DNA of 64,000 nucleotides from Laetmonice hystrix (Eukaryota): NCBI GenBank assembly GCA_965235115.1, contig OZ249436.1, positions 19,780,001 to 19,844,000 of the forward strand, read 5' to 3'. Shown piece by piece: positions 1 to 12,617 of this stretch (position 1 is its first letter; each line of letters starts with the position of its first letter). The notes under the pieces were generated by a model. It saw only the letters and a program-made list of their open reading frames with translations, ran no database searches and was not told where the DNA came from. The position numbers and the translations under genes were made by a program.

Positions 1-424
1 AAGTCATGAGTGATATTACGGGAAATTTTATTGACTTATAACGCATAGTTTTTGAAATATCAAAGTTTGAAGTTCGGGCCTTTTTGATATCCACCCGATA
101 TTTGTATTTAGTCACCATGTGGCAGTTTTCGAGCTTATTATCAAGCGCCATGGTTGAGTGGACACGGGCGAATCCCAACGAGGAGCACCACCACAGAAGT
201 GGTGGCAACCTCTATTGGGATCGCTCGTGTCGGTATTGGTAGACAGCCTCGGCTCACCTCGGCTGTCTACCAATACCGCCACTCGCTTGTACACCTCATC
301 AACCTCGGTGGACCTCAACACTCGGGGTTACACCCTCTTGTTTCGTCCCACCTCGGTATGATGTGACACATAGGTGGACCTCAACACCCTGGGTTGACAC
401 CCTATTGTCTTGGCCCACCTCGCG

Positions 425-498
425 TCACGAGGCGACATGTCGCTTTAATCTCTGCAGACGACTGAGAAGCGTCAATTGAACAGCCCTTGTCCCGACTC
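425..498 (-). CDS. Possible terminal exon of the EGF-repeat gene (GVGTRAVQLTLLSRLQRLKRHVAS*)
   Basis: Acceptor tctactttacgctatAG; phase-1 entry compatible with the EGF exon ending at 1710; stop at 425-427; no recognisable domain. Confidence 0.25.
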
Positions 499-972
499 CT
501 ATAGCGTAAAGTAGACTACTTGTACAGTGGTGTGTAAGCTTGGTAGAACACATTTTTCACGATTTGCGTCGAATATAATGTAAGAAACCTAGAAGGTTCT
601 AACCGCACATAACAAATAATATATTTTTAATTATCTAAATATTTGAAAACGTAATGGATCGAAGTATTTATTAAATATATGAGAAAATATACACGGACTC
701 GTCTTATGATACAGCTCACTAGAGGCGCTGCTAAACCACGTGCAAGAAATTGCCCATTTTTATTCCAACTCAAATGCTCAGAAAGCCGTCGAGATTGATC
801 ATTGGCACCACCATGAAAAGGTGGTGGTCACACCGGTCACGGTTCTTGACTTTCTATGGCCGGTTAGGGCCAGTCGGACGAGTCCAAGATCCAAATATAT
901 TCAACTGGACCAACGGACCCAGCGTCATTTAGGGGTGTTCGCCGTTCATTCTCAAACTGCCAACGTGATTAA

Positions 973-1500
973 GGCCGGCCACACAGAGCCGACTACCCCC
1001 AACCCGATGGTCGGAGGCCTGGGGGGTCCAAATCGGCCAACTACTTAGTCAATCTGATATATGCCCAACCATGCCACACTGAATGCGATCCGAAAGTCGG
1101 GAGTGGGATGCCACACTAGCGACACCACTCGTGACCAGTATATACTATTGTAACTATTCATTCCCCTAGCGGTAGTTCCCACTCCGCCATGTTGTTTGTG
1201 TTGTCCCGCTCGCAGGGTATCTTGGGAGTAGCGTTTGTATGGTGCGCGCTGTGATTGGCTGGTAAGCAGCCCGACTGTTGAGTCTGGTCGGTAGGTACGC
1301 CACACAGGCCCGACTAGGCCCGACTAGACCAAACCGTTTGGTCGCTCATCTTGTGCAGGACAAGATGAACGACCGGACTGGTCAGTCGGTGAAAAACACC
1401 CGACTACGGCCGACTGACCATGCCAGACAGGGCCGACTACCCCCGACTCGACTCCCCCAGACCATCGGGTCGGGAGTAGTCGGCCCTGTGTGGCCGGGCC
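973..1500. mobile_element. Non-autonomous PIF/Harbinger-like MITE
   Basis: Terminal inverted repeats GGCCGGCCACACAGAGCCGACTAC ... GTAGTCGGCCCTGTGTGGCCGGGCC, both ends in TTAA context (TAA/TTA target); internal CCGACT/AGTCGG repeats; no transposase ORF. Confidence 0.75.
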
Positions 1501-1709
1501 TTAACCCATTTGCAAATGGGTCTGACTCAATAATGAATTCACAGATGGGTTGCTCATTTGCAAATGGCGGCTGGTCGGATCTGCAGGTTAAAACACCAAA
1601 AGGGGATATATTCCTTATTAGTTAAAAAAAGAGAGACTATTTCACTTCCCTTTTTTCCAATTCTTGTGCGGTAAATTCTTCCTTTAACAGCCGGTACTGA
1701 GTAGCCTAC

Positions 1710-1829
1710 CTGTTTCACAAATGTCCCCAGTATATCCTGGTGCACAGTTACACGTGAATTTGTTAGCTCCATCCACACAAGTCGCTCCGTTTAGACAGTT
1801 TTCCCCAGGACACGTGCAATCATCAATAT
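1710..1829 (-). CDS. Calcium-binding-type EGF exon of a secreted fibropellin/Notch-like EGF-repeat protein
   Basis: 120-nt phase 1-1 exon, tag acceptor and gtaggc donor, encoding (D)[39 protein letters not shown]. Confidence 0.88.
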
Positions 1830-1914
1830 CTATGGATGCAAAAATCGACGATAAAGGCACCAGGGGCATGTGGCCCACTCCATCAAGCATACACATATAC
1901 ATACATGTACTTAC

Positions 1915-1950
1915 CATTTATACAATTTGCTCGCAGGCAGTCGTCAATGT
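1915..1950 (-). pseudogene. 36-nt truncated EGF micro-exon (D)[11 protein letters not shown], acceptor mutated
   Basis: Strong gtaagt donor, but GG in place of the acceptor AG at 1951-1952; the duplicate at 3132-3167 has AG. Confidence 0.6.
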
Positions 1951-2112
1951 CCATCAAATAAAATGAATACAAGTTAGGCTTCGTGAGGTTAATAGCAATT
2001 TACTAGTATATAATAATAACATACAAGATATTATATTTATTAGTTCTTAAACGTAGAGAAACGCGGAATTGGAGTACTTTTGTTGTAATACCTAGTCCCT
2101 GTCAGAACGTAC

Positions 2113-2232
2113 CTATCTCACATCGTTTACCCTTAAATCCGTCGCGACAGAAACATCTCGGGAAGCCGTAGAAGTTCCAACAAGAGCCGCCATTCAAACA
2201 TGGATTCCAGAAACACACATAGGCGCAGTGTG
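2113..2232 (-). CDS. EGF exon of the same gene
   Basis: 120-nt phase 1-1 exon, ctcttattgcag acceptor and gtacgt donor, encoding (A)HCAYVCFWNPCLNGGSCWNFYGFPRCFCRDGFKGKRCEI; not in the ORF track. Confidence 0.85.
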
Positions 2233-2806
2233 CTGCAATAAGAGTTTGGGATGAAACACGGGGTGAAAGTTGTTAACATCCTTTTACTCTCTGTTATCAG
2301 TTATCTCATCAAAGTTACGACACTGGTCTCGTCTAAAAATTATATCAACTTACGACAGCAAGGAAAGCTCTCAACTTTACAGAACGGTAAAAACCAGTCG
2401 ACTAGGAGTAAAGGACATGGCAAGAAACAAGAAGAGGAATTCGAAGAAGTTATAGTAGAAGAACTCGAAGAAAAATTCAAGGAAGAATTCGACAATCGCG
2501 AAAAACACAAAGCAAAGAAAGTGAACCTTCAAAATGACTGTCGATATAAAGACTTCCCATACTGTCCCCCGCCTGCACCGATTATTATATATAAGGAATC
2601 CGATTGATCGTCCAGAGGTGAGCTTCACTAAATAACAGCCATCTTTGAAAAACAGGTGATTGAAAAGATTGCAAGGACAGTGTGAAACGAGAGTAGTAGG
2701 CCCATACAGGGTCCGCGACGAGTGCTCTTTGTCTCAGCAACATCATTATTTTGGCGAAGTGAGACGCGCCCTTGTATCCTCTCGATGATAATATAGTATG
2801 ACCTAC

Positions 2807-2903
2807 CTCTCCTGGCCGGCTGGACCCGGTATAGAGCCCATGGCGACGTCTCAAGTACAAGCGTGTGCAGCAGGACCACCACCACAACAACCAGTCTGCT
2901 CAT
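2807..2903 (-). CDS. First coding exon (signal peptide) of the EGF-repeat gene
   Basis: ATG at 2903; MSRLVVVVVVLLHTLVLETSPWALYRVQPARR; 97 nt ending in phase 1 at AG|gtaggt, matching the phase-1 EGF exons. Confidence 0.7.
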
Positions 2904-2929
2904 AATGTCAGTTCTATGTCAGTACTCAG

Positions 2930-2972
2930 TCAATACTAACGAAAGGTAGAGATCGATGTACATATATATAGC
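2930..2972 (-). promoter_or_regulatory. Candidate TATA + Inr core promoter of the EGF-repeat gene
   Basis: Minus strand GGCTATATATATG about 30 nt upstream of Inr-like TTAGTA, which is about 35 nt upstream of the ATG. Confidence 0.45.
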
Positions 2973-3006
2973 CATTATGGGTGGGTGGGTGCTCTCCTCC
3001 CCGTCC

Positions 3007-3850
<844 letters not shown>

Positions 3851-5239
3851 TGTCGCTCTTGGGAAGCGCAATAGTCCTTGAATAGGTGGTGTATAGAAGG
3901 CGTGTTGTGTGAATTAATCATTTGACGACAAGATGGCAAACACAAGTGGCCAAGAGTCGACTAAAGTGGACACATTTGAGCTCATAAACACGTACCAAAA
4001 TCAACCCATTCGATACTGTCAAACTCTAATGATCTCTCAGGTGGAACGTCATGGGGAATTTTATGTCGACAGTTGCTCCCAGAAACATAGCTGACAGTCG
4101 ATCGGAGCTTCTGTCAGCGACCTTTTGATGTGAAGTGGGTGGACGTTTTACATTTCTGTCGAGAGTTGGCTGACAGAAAGTGTCGACATAATCTGTCTCG
4201 TGGAGTAGCGCCTTACAGTTGTTCTGACTTCCTTCCAATCAATGAAGTGAACAGGCCAGTCCTTCCTGTCATCATATTATGTAACGTAGCTATCTCGAGG
4301 ACCAATTCTCACCATGTATTACTTGCTGCCAAGGTTTTTTTTTTAATTCCTTCATTCTGACATGTATTATATTTCTGTGACATGAATCTTCTAGTTGGAA
4401 ACTATAGTGAAACTGGTGAACGTTGGTGTATAGTTGATATTATATTCTCCAGCCTAGAGGTATACATTACAGGTTGACCGGAACGAACACAAAATTAATG
4501 AAGAATGCAAGAGTCCATATTATAATACATAATAATGTGTCCTGTACATTCACATGTAGACCCTCCTTCTGGTTTTTTTTTTTCAATGCAACCATCAATA
4601 GGTAGGCCTATGTGGGTTTAAACGATCTTTGGCCAATATCTGCAACCATAACGCAGTTCTACTAACTATTCAAACTCAGATAGATATGAAGTGCTTGGGG
4701 GGCATGACACTCAGTAGGACTGGTCCTAAATTCAGTCCTAACCCGTAGGACCGTTAGTGCAACCCGTCCTAGGACGAATCTTGTATAGCCTCTAGTCTAG
4801 GCTAGCTCTAGGCCTAGCTAGCTGGATCCATGTATCTAATTTTCCGACATGACAAGTTTATGTGGTAGGTGACTGATTGTAATAATGCACTAAGATTGGT
4901 CATGGTTTCAATTATATACAGTGCCATTACTGACTGACTGAGGCTCAGCGTATCGGTAGGCCTAGGTGAGTGGTATCATGGAGTATCAGTAAAGTTAAAC
5001 TGCATGTGCAGTCGTCGATGGGTCCTGGCATAGACAGGAAAAGTGCGGCAGTCATAAAATAAAACAAATATGGCACTTGGTATCGTGCAATATGAAAATT
5101 TATGGTACTCTGGAAACTAATATTGCACTCCGCTTCGCGTCGTGTTCTGACCTCGTACCTGAATCAACCTGGCGTTCAGTTTTTTCCTTGTCGAATATAC
5201 AATAATACAACATTGTGGAACCCGCACCGACAGTCGGCA

Positions 5240-6583
5240 GCTGAGTTCACATAGGAGTATACGGTATACGGTATACGGTATTCGCTATTCGGTATTCGCT
5301 ATACGCTATACGGGCACGGCGAGTCACGCCCGCCAGTGTCTTAATTCCCGACATGAATTGAAAGGTGCCCCCCTGCCCCTCCCCTTGAACTGATTTCTTT
5401 GAAATTTTCAGAGTCAATACCCCTATATATCGGCCCTTACATCTGAAAATTTAGTTAAAAAATATCAAGAACTGTGTAAATGCTGAACTTTTAAACACAG
5501 GCACCCCAAGGTATACGCTGCACTAAAATCGAACACGCACGATTCCCACTATACTATACTATACCCGTGCCGTATACTCCTATGTGAACTCAGCCTTAGG
5601 CTGAGTTCACTATAGGAGTATACGGTACGGGTATACGGTGCACGTTTTGCAGGGCACGTGAATAGCTTAAATCGTACAATAAGATCTTATAATACCGGGT
5701 CACATCAGAGGGCACTATTCGAAAAGGCGTATAGTATAGTATAGTGGGAATCGTGCGTGTTCGATTTTAGTGCAGCGTATACCTTGGGGTGCTTGTGTTT
5801 AAAAGTTCAGCATTTACACAGTTCTTGATATTTTTTAACTAAATTTTCAGATCTAAGGGCCGATATATAGGGGTATTGACTCTGAAAATTTCAAAGAAAT
5901 CAGTTCAAGGGGAGGGGCAGGGGGGCACCTTTCAATTCATGTCGGGAATTAAGACACTGGCGGGCGTGACTCGCCGTGCCCGTATAGCGTATAGCGAATA
6001 CCGAATACCGTATACCGTATACCGTATAATACTCCTATGTGAACTCAGCCTGCCCATGGAGCTATTTCATAAGGCTGAGTTCACATAAGGCTGAGTTCAC
6101 ATAGGAGTATACGGTATACGGTATACGGTATTCGCTATTCGGTATTCGCTATACGCTATACGGGCACGGCGAGTCACGCTCGCCAGTGTCTTAATTCCCG
6201 ACATGAATTGAAAGGTGCCCCCCTGTCCCTCCCCTTGGACTGATTTCTTTGAAATTTTCAGAGTCCATACCCCTATATATCGGCCCTTAGATCTGAAAAT
6301 TTAGTTAAAAAATATCAAGAACTGTGTAAATGCTGAACTTTTAAACACAGGCACCCCAAGGTATACGCTGCACTAAAATCGAACACGCACGATTCCCACT
6401 ATACTATACTATACGCCTTTTAGAATAGTGCCCTCTGATGTGACCCGGTATTATAAGATCCTATTGTACGATTTAAGCTATTCGCGTGCCCTGCAAAACG
6501 TGCACCGTATATCCGTGCCGTATACTCCTATGTGAACTCAGCCTAAGAGTATCCGGTATACGGTATACGGTATTCGCTATTCG
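5240..6583. mobile_element. Cluster of PIF/Harbinger-type MITEs: copies 5240-5595, 5599-6050 (inverted), 6089-6543, plus an interrupted fragment
   Basis: TIR GGCTGAGTTCACATAGGAGTATACGG; TTA/TAA junctions at 5596-5598, 6086-6088 and 6544-6546; near-identical internal sequence. Confidence 0.9.
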
Positions 6584-7305
6584 CATATTTTATATTTATA
6601 TTTTACATTAGGCCTCTTGTACAATGAAAATTACTGAATTTTGATATTAACCAGAAATGGCTCGGTCGTTCCGATTGGGTGTGCAATTGGGTCAGGAGAA
6701 AACATGAGAACCCCCGAGAACGGCCGGCTTTGGTCCTAACGTGTCGTAATCTGGTCACTTTAAGGCCCAGTCACACTATAGGGGATACGAGGGGTTACGA
6801 CGGGTTCATGAGTACCTACGATGAGCAAACGCAATAAATCGCCGTATATCTTAAAAAATTTGTGCGACAGATCATGAGTGATCGTGGGAGGTCGGGAGGT
6901 GAAATTTGTCGTAGCGCGGATTTTGAACATGTTCACATAGTCGTGCGGTGGTCCTACGATGGTCGGGGGTGGTCGTGCCTTATCGTGGCTGCATGGTGAC
7001 AGTCGCACAGTCATGACAAGACCATTGCACAACTTGTCCTGCTACTAGTTGCTATTGCACAATTATTCCCACGACTATCGCATGAGTAAACCTGACCTTT
7101 CTTACGATTGTTCCTTGACAATCGTAGGTAATCTTGGGTAATCGTAGGTGATCGCACGCTTTGTCTAGATAATTCCTGCGAGAAATCCTATGAGCATTCG
7201 TGCAACGGATCACAATATGGTCGCAAACTAATCTTTAGTGTGTGACCGCTATCTCATAATCTTAGAGCAATTCCACGACAGGCCCCCGATACCTCACGGT
7301 CTCCG

Positions 7306-8533
7306 ACTGTCACACCATAACGTTCTTGCCTTAACGACCTTATTGCGGTCTTGAATAATTTTTCCTGATCGGAACGTTCCAGAACGTTGTCGAAATTCTC
7401 CCTCGCCCCTGAACTGGCCGATCTGATTGCGTCCCTATACAGTTCTACTACAGTCCTTCCACCGTTTCCTACGTCTTTCCTCCGTCCCATTGCCGCCCAC
7501 TATAAGTTTTTACTGCGTTCTTCCAACGTTCTTCCTCCGCTCGTTACGACCTTTCCCCGCCCGTCCTCCGACCATGTACCGTTCTCTGCGCCCGTCTAGC
7601 GGCCATTTTGTGATCACGTGACAATTGGTATAGAAAGGTCGCGAAACGCAGCATCTCGATTATTCCGTCGACTTCATTCAAGCAGACAACATATCTAAAA
7701 TGCCCAAAGGTGTATGCCAAGGGGGAGGAAGGGGGAGGGAATAAGGGGAAAAGTAAAAGGAAAGAGCACAAAAGCAGCGTGTGGCCGGGTCCACCATCTT
7801 CGTCGTTGTCCCCGTCTCCATAGATCTCTGTCGTCCCTGGATGTAATGGTAGATCGCAAGGTTGTTCTGGTCAACTTCATTCTGTAGAACAGCTAGCATA
7901 ATGACGGTGGACTACTTCTGGTTATTCCATCTCGGATGAGCTGCTGTGGTCAAGTGACGAACTGCTCCGAATAGTCTTTTTATATAACAAAGTTTGAGCG
8001 GGAACAGAACTGTACAAGATCTGAACTCGATCGTTAATGAACGGTACTCAAACTGTACTGGAACGTTGAGGTCGGCAGATAAGAAGGCCGGAAGAGAAAT
8101 TTCTAGAACGGTGAGTGAACGCAGATGAAAGGTGACAGGGCGCGGCAAGAACGGTACATGTATACTGTAGGAGGACGATCTGGGGACGCTATATGGCCGT
8201 TTTATCAAGAGAACGGAGGGTGGACTGTGAACAGACTTTACGTGGTCGGTACAAAGGCGCTATGAATCCGCAGGGACAACGGGGGCACCACCTTTCACCG
8301 TCTGAGTTACGTCCGTCTGCGGTGCCATCCAGACCTTTCACCGACCGTCCACAGTCCATAGCGTCCACACACCGCTCACATGGCGTTCTGTCAAGAACTT
8401 ATAAGAACGTTCTACAACGGTCTGATACGTTCGTCTAGCGCTTTTCCTCCGACCTCACCGTTCTTCTGCGTTCTGTCACTTTTTCAAGAACGTTGCGAGA
8501 ACTTTTTCGACAACGTTATGGTGTGACAGCACC
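7306..8533 (-). mobile_element. Nested Harbinger derivative with a remnant transposase N-terminus
   Basis: Inverted termini CTGTCACACCATAACGTT ... AACGTTATGGTGTGACAG; frameshifted minus-strand peptide MLAVLQNEVDQNNLAIYHYIQGRQR / WRRGQRRRWWTRP at about 7785-7900 resembles the RRRWWVRP motif of Harbinger transposases. Confidence 0.6.
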
Positions 8534-8539
8534 TTTACC

Positions 8540-8787
8540 CAGTGGCGTATCCAGGGGGGTTTCCAAGTATCCCGGACCCCCCCCCCCCCTTAAAAAAATT
8601 ACTATGTTAACTACATTTTGTTAAAAAATGGGGTGTAAAATGCGTTATTTCAACAAAAGGAAACCTTCATATTTTCACACAAGATGTCCCGAGATTGCAT
8701 TATTTGATGTCTTTTTTGTCTTTTTTGATGCCTAATGGCCATCTCTAAAGTACCTAAACTTCGGAAACCCCCCTTAAAACGCCACTG
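8540..8787. mobile_element. hAT-like MITE with 6-bp TSD
   Basis: CAGTGGCGT ... ACGCCACTG termini; TTTACC on both flanks. Confidence 0.65.
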
Positions 8788-10424
8788 TTTACCCCTGCCT
8801 ATCGTGCGATCCAAAAATCATACGACTAGATGTGACTGGGGCTTTATAGCTTCTAAATATTATTATTTCATAGTTAGGGCGCTTTCATTTTTGTAATGCG
8901 CTTGATCCACTACAGCGGTAGCACATCGCAAGTTTACCGCTAGTTTACCGCAAGTCGTATCGCTTCCATACCGCTACTATACCGCTTCCCCTTTACCGCA
9001 GCCTCATCCTGATCCACACTAGCGGTCGGTATGGTTACGATTACGTTACGTTGCGTTCACATCACAAAAAATGACAGTCGTCCCTGTCTTGTGTGCGGCG
9101 GGTATAGCTACTCATTTCTTTGAAGAAGATGATTTAAAATAATTAACCATACTTCTCCAGTATTCCCAGACCTATTTAATAGGTAGACTAAAAGAGTGTA
9201 GGCCGATACAAATCTCCACTCCTCCTGTTTTATAGGTCACCTCATGTGAGGTCACAGTCCAGTAAGCAAATCTGTTATTAAAATATAGGCCTAAATGGCA
9301 AATAATAGGGAGGGGGCGAAACTCAATCTAATTAAAATTAGATCTTAGTTATATCGCATGTGTTCCATAGGTATGGAGCGGAGACAGCACTGGCACAACC
9401 GATATAGACGCGGAATACCAATAACTATAATTTTAATTACATTGGGGTGAAACAATATTATTCCCGCCAATACAAAGTTGGGGAATCGCCACCTTGCCCC
9501 CACCGCTCGGTTCCCACACCTATGAGGGGCAGAACGGAGGTGAGCTCCTGTGTTTGTGAATCCTCTTCCACCAAAACTTGGCCCGTAAGCGTTGGCATTA
9601 GATTGAGTTTCGCCCCCTCCGTATTATTTGCCAGTTATATTTTAATAACAGAGATATGCCACTGCCAGGAGACCAAAAATGGATTGCAAGCATCACAATA
9701 TTATGATGTCCTATTCAGTGGCAGCAGTAAGGAGACAAAGTTTACTTGTTGATGCATATTTGATGAAGGCACTGCAGTGATGCGGGGGGGGGGGTCCAGG
9801 ATTTTGTAACGGGGGGTTCAGAGGTAAAATTTGCTAAGGGGGAGGGGTCAGCACGGTCAATTCAGATGTTCTATCGGGGAAAAAGAGACATTGGTTGACA
9901 AGGGGGCTTTGAAACCCCCACCCCCCACCCCTGGCGCTTTGCCGGGCCATGCCCCATCCCCCCCCCCCCCTCCAATGGAAATAGATCTATGGTTCCCACG
10001 CCTATGGTCCCTATCCTAAAAGGAAACGGAAACGAACCAAGCGTTGCTAAAATTTAAATACAATATAATTGTGTTGGTGACACGAACTGTAAGTAATGTG
10101 TTTATTGCAAGAAAATATATTATCTAAATGTTTGAATGACAGGTTCTCTGGTATGTAAACCGCGATGATTCATTGTCTGCCCCCTGTCTCCTTGTTGAGC
10201 CTCTGCTAAATGACGGCTAGATATAGGACGAGGCATGTAGGCCTATTATTGGTATCCCGCGATTAATTGCAATATTGTGCATGAAGACATGTTATTGCCA
10301 ATACAATCCTATAGGCCTACTAAATGTCCCAGGGTCACTCTGTATGGTACCCCACTGCCATCAAGACATCTGTGAATAATGAGAAATATTTCATGTCATA
10401 TAATAGGCTAGGCCTAAATAGGCC

Positions 10425-10475
10425 AGTCGCACGTGCTGCCACCTGGTCAGTGAAAAAACGGAAGCGCGATTTCCA
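10425..10475 (+). promoter_or_regulatory. Candidate KNOP1 promoter (E-box, CTCF-like and ETS-like motifs)
   Basis: CACGTG overlapping TGCTGCCACCTGGTCA, then CGGAAG, in a CpG-richer patch about 2.1 kb upstream of the coding-exon acceptor at 12601-12602. Confidence 0.35.
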
Positions 10476-12617
10476 GTCTGCCAGTAGCCTTGTTTAGCCT
10501 GGTCCCCGGTGCCTTACCATACGCATCCGCTTGATGTCAATATAGAGCTGGGGACCAGGCCATAGCCTTGTTCCGCGACCTACTGGTGTGCGCCTAGCGC
10601 CACCTACACGGGAGGCGGGAACCATATTTAGTCTCCCAGTCACACTTTCAGGCCATCTGGTGGTAGGCATCATAACCTCGAGAAAATCAATGGGATCATT
10701 ATTTGATAAGACAATGTCAATCAGTTCCGGTTGGTTCCCACGTGTGCAGTGTTTAAAGATAAATAGGAGCAAAATTCGGCTTTTCTCTGGGAGGCTCTAA
10801 TTTACAATATTTCAGATTCACCGTAAAGGTGTAACTGTAAGTATATATCGTGATTCGATAAGATTTTTTGTCACCACTGCCCCAGAATTTGTCAGCGCAG
10901 GCTACTGTAGTCTAGACTCTAGTTCAGTTTCTAAACGGTGTCTACCAGTTCCAGACTTACAATCCAGATCACTGTTTAGTTGTCGAGTGACGCTGGCCCA
11001 GCGATTCTTGCGAAGAGATCCGTTATCGCAACTTTGCGGCCTTCGTTTTGGTACTAAACTTCTTCCACAGAGCATGAAATAGATATTTTCAGAGAGCAGA
11101 GGTGATAGTGAACCCTCGTGAATGTGCTGACCCCTCCCCCTTAGGTCCTTGCTAAAAGTAAAACTACACACGAGTGACATACGAGTAACATACGAGTACA
11201 TACGAGTAACATGCGAGTACATACGACTAAAATACTAACATACGAGTACATATGACTAAAATACCATAGACGTAGATTATAGAGTATTGAAATTTCTCAG
11301 CCCTGGACATCAAGCATTTTGATATAGCTGGTCCACAGTGCCAGTAAAAAATGAAAGTTACTGGCCCGGGTATGGGGGGGGTCCTTTCCTGCGTCAGGCT
11401 GCGTGTCCTTGTAGCAGACGGCCAGATCATCACAAGAGCGTGGCACAAAAAAAAGTGAGCGTCCAGTCCAGTGAACGACAGTCCAACATGCATACGGACG
11501 TGAAGTAGCAGCCTGAATTTTTAATGCACGCGTTTAGAGCATTTAGAGAGTATTTGATCGTGAGAGAGATTTACGAAAGTTACTGGCCCATTTACAAACA
11601 TTACTGGCCCGGACCGGAACCGCGCATGAAAAAACAGGCCGGGCCAGTGAGGGCTGTTTCTATTACAACCATGAGTGGCATGACTACGATTATTGGACAA
11701 ATATATATTAATGTCCACACGGTGCAACCACCCATGCAGGGATGTGCCCAGAAAAAAAATTGGGTGCTGGGTGGTAGTTTTGCGATAGCACCGAAGGCGC
11801 AAAGTTATCAGATAGCAAAAGGGTGTGGGTGGGGGAGCTATTTTTTTCAGATGATAGGCTAGAAAAATTCCTGCCGGTGGCACTTGAACCTTTAGTTTTG
11901 TTTCGGGCGGCTAAAATCGGTGCTGGGCCCTGCTGGTGCCACCCGGTGTGGGCACATCCCTGCCCATGGCTTTTGCTCAGACTCGTGTATAATATGCACG
12001 ATTTTCAGAGGGAAGTTTGGGGGTAAAAATGTGTGTACTATACATGATGATTTACGGTACCATTTGCGTGTAGTAGCGCGATTAACTATATTGACAGGGC
12101 ATAGCCAGGACCCTTTGTTAGCCGAGTGGGTAATCCTGGCTAAATATGGTTAATATAAAAAAAAAATTGATCTAGGACTTTTTGTAAAGGTAGGGGGGGG
12201 GGGACAGATTTTTTAAGACTGTATTCATCAAAGCTAATCTAAAAATTTATTCTTGAAATAACAATGTTACTTGAACCAAAGGAACATCACTGAGTCGTTC
12301 TGATGTTGCCCTTACAAGGTCACATTAATGGGCCAGCACCTCGAAAATTCGTAAGAATACTTACTCAGCAGTCTTATCAGAACTCGCCCTATCGACTCGT
12401 GCTGATATTACTCCGTGCATGACACCTCGTCCGATACAGCTTTCCATATCAGGACACTGTCGTTCCTGTCTTATATTTTGCTGTTTTTCAGTAGTTTTGC
12501 TTTCTTTTAGGTAGTAAGTCACACCGACTAGTTTACTTTGTGTAGGCTAGAGGAGTATAGCCCGATTCAGATTTCAGATACATACTTGTTTTTGTATTAC
12601 AGACCAACTTATACAGC

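Larger units (their letters stand above)
6764..8842. mobile_element. Harbinger-like element carrying nested insertions
   Basis: Imperfect TIRs GGCCCAGTCACACTATAG ... CTAGATGTGACTGGGGC after TAA; internal TCGT/ACGA repeats. Confidence 0.6.

Noticed and set aside
2251..2607. 118-aa K/E-rich + strand ORF and its relatives at 3446-3827
   Set aside because: Antisense to an intron of the EGF gene; low-complexity GAA repeats; frame is not preserved in the duplicate
2527..2642. Possible extra exon of the EGF gene (DGCYLVKLTSGRSIGF...)
   Set aside because: Acceptor is plausible, but no donor gives the phase-1 exit needed and the duplicate copy has frame-shifting differences
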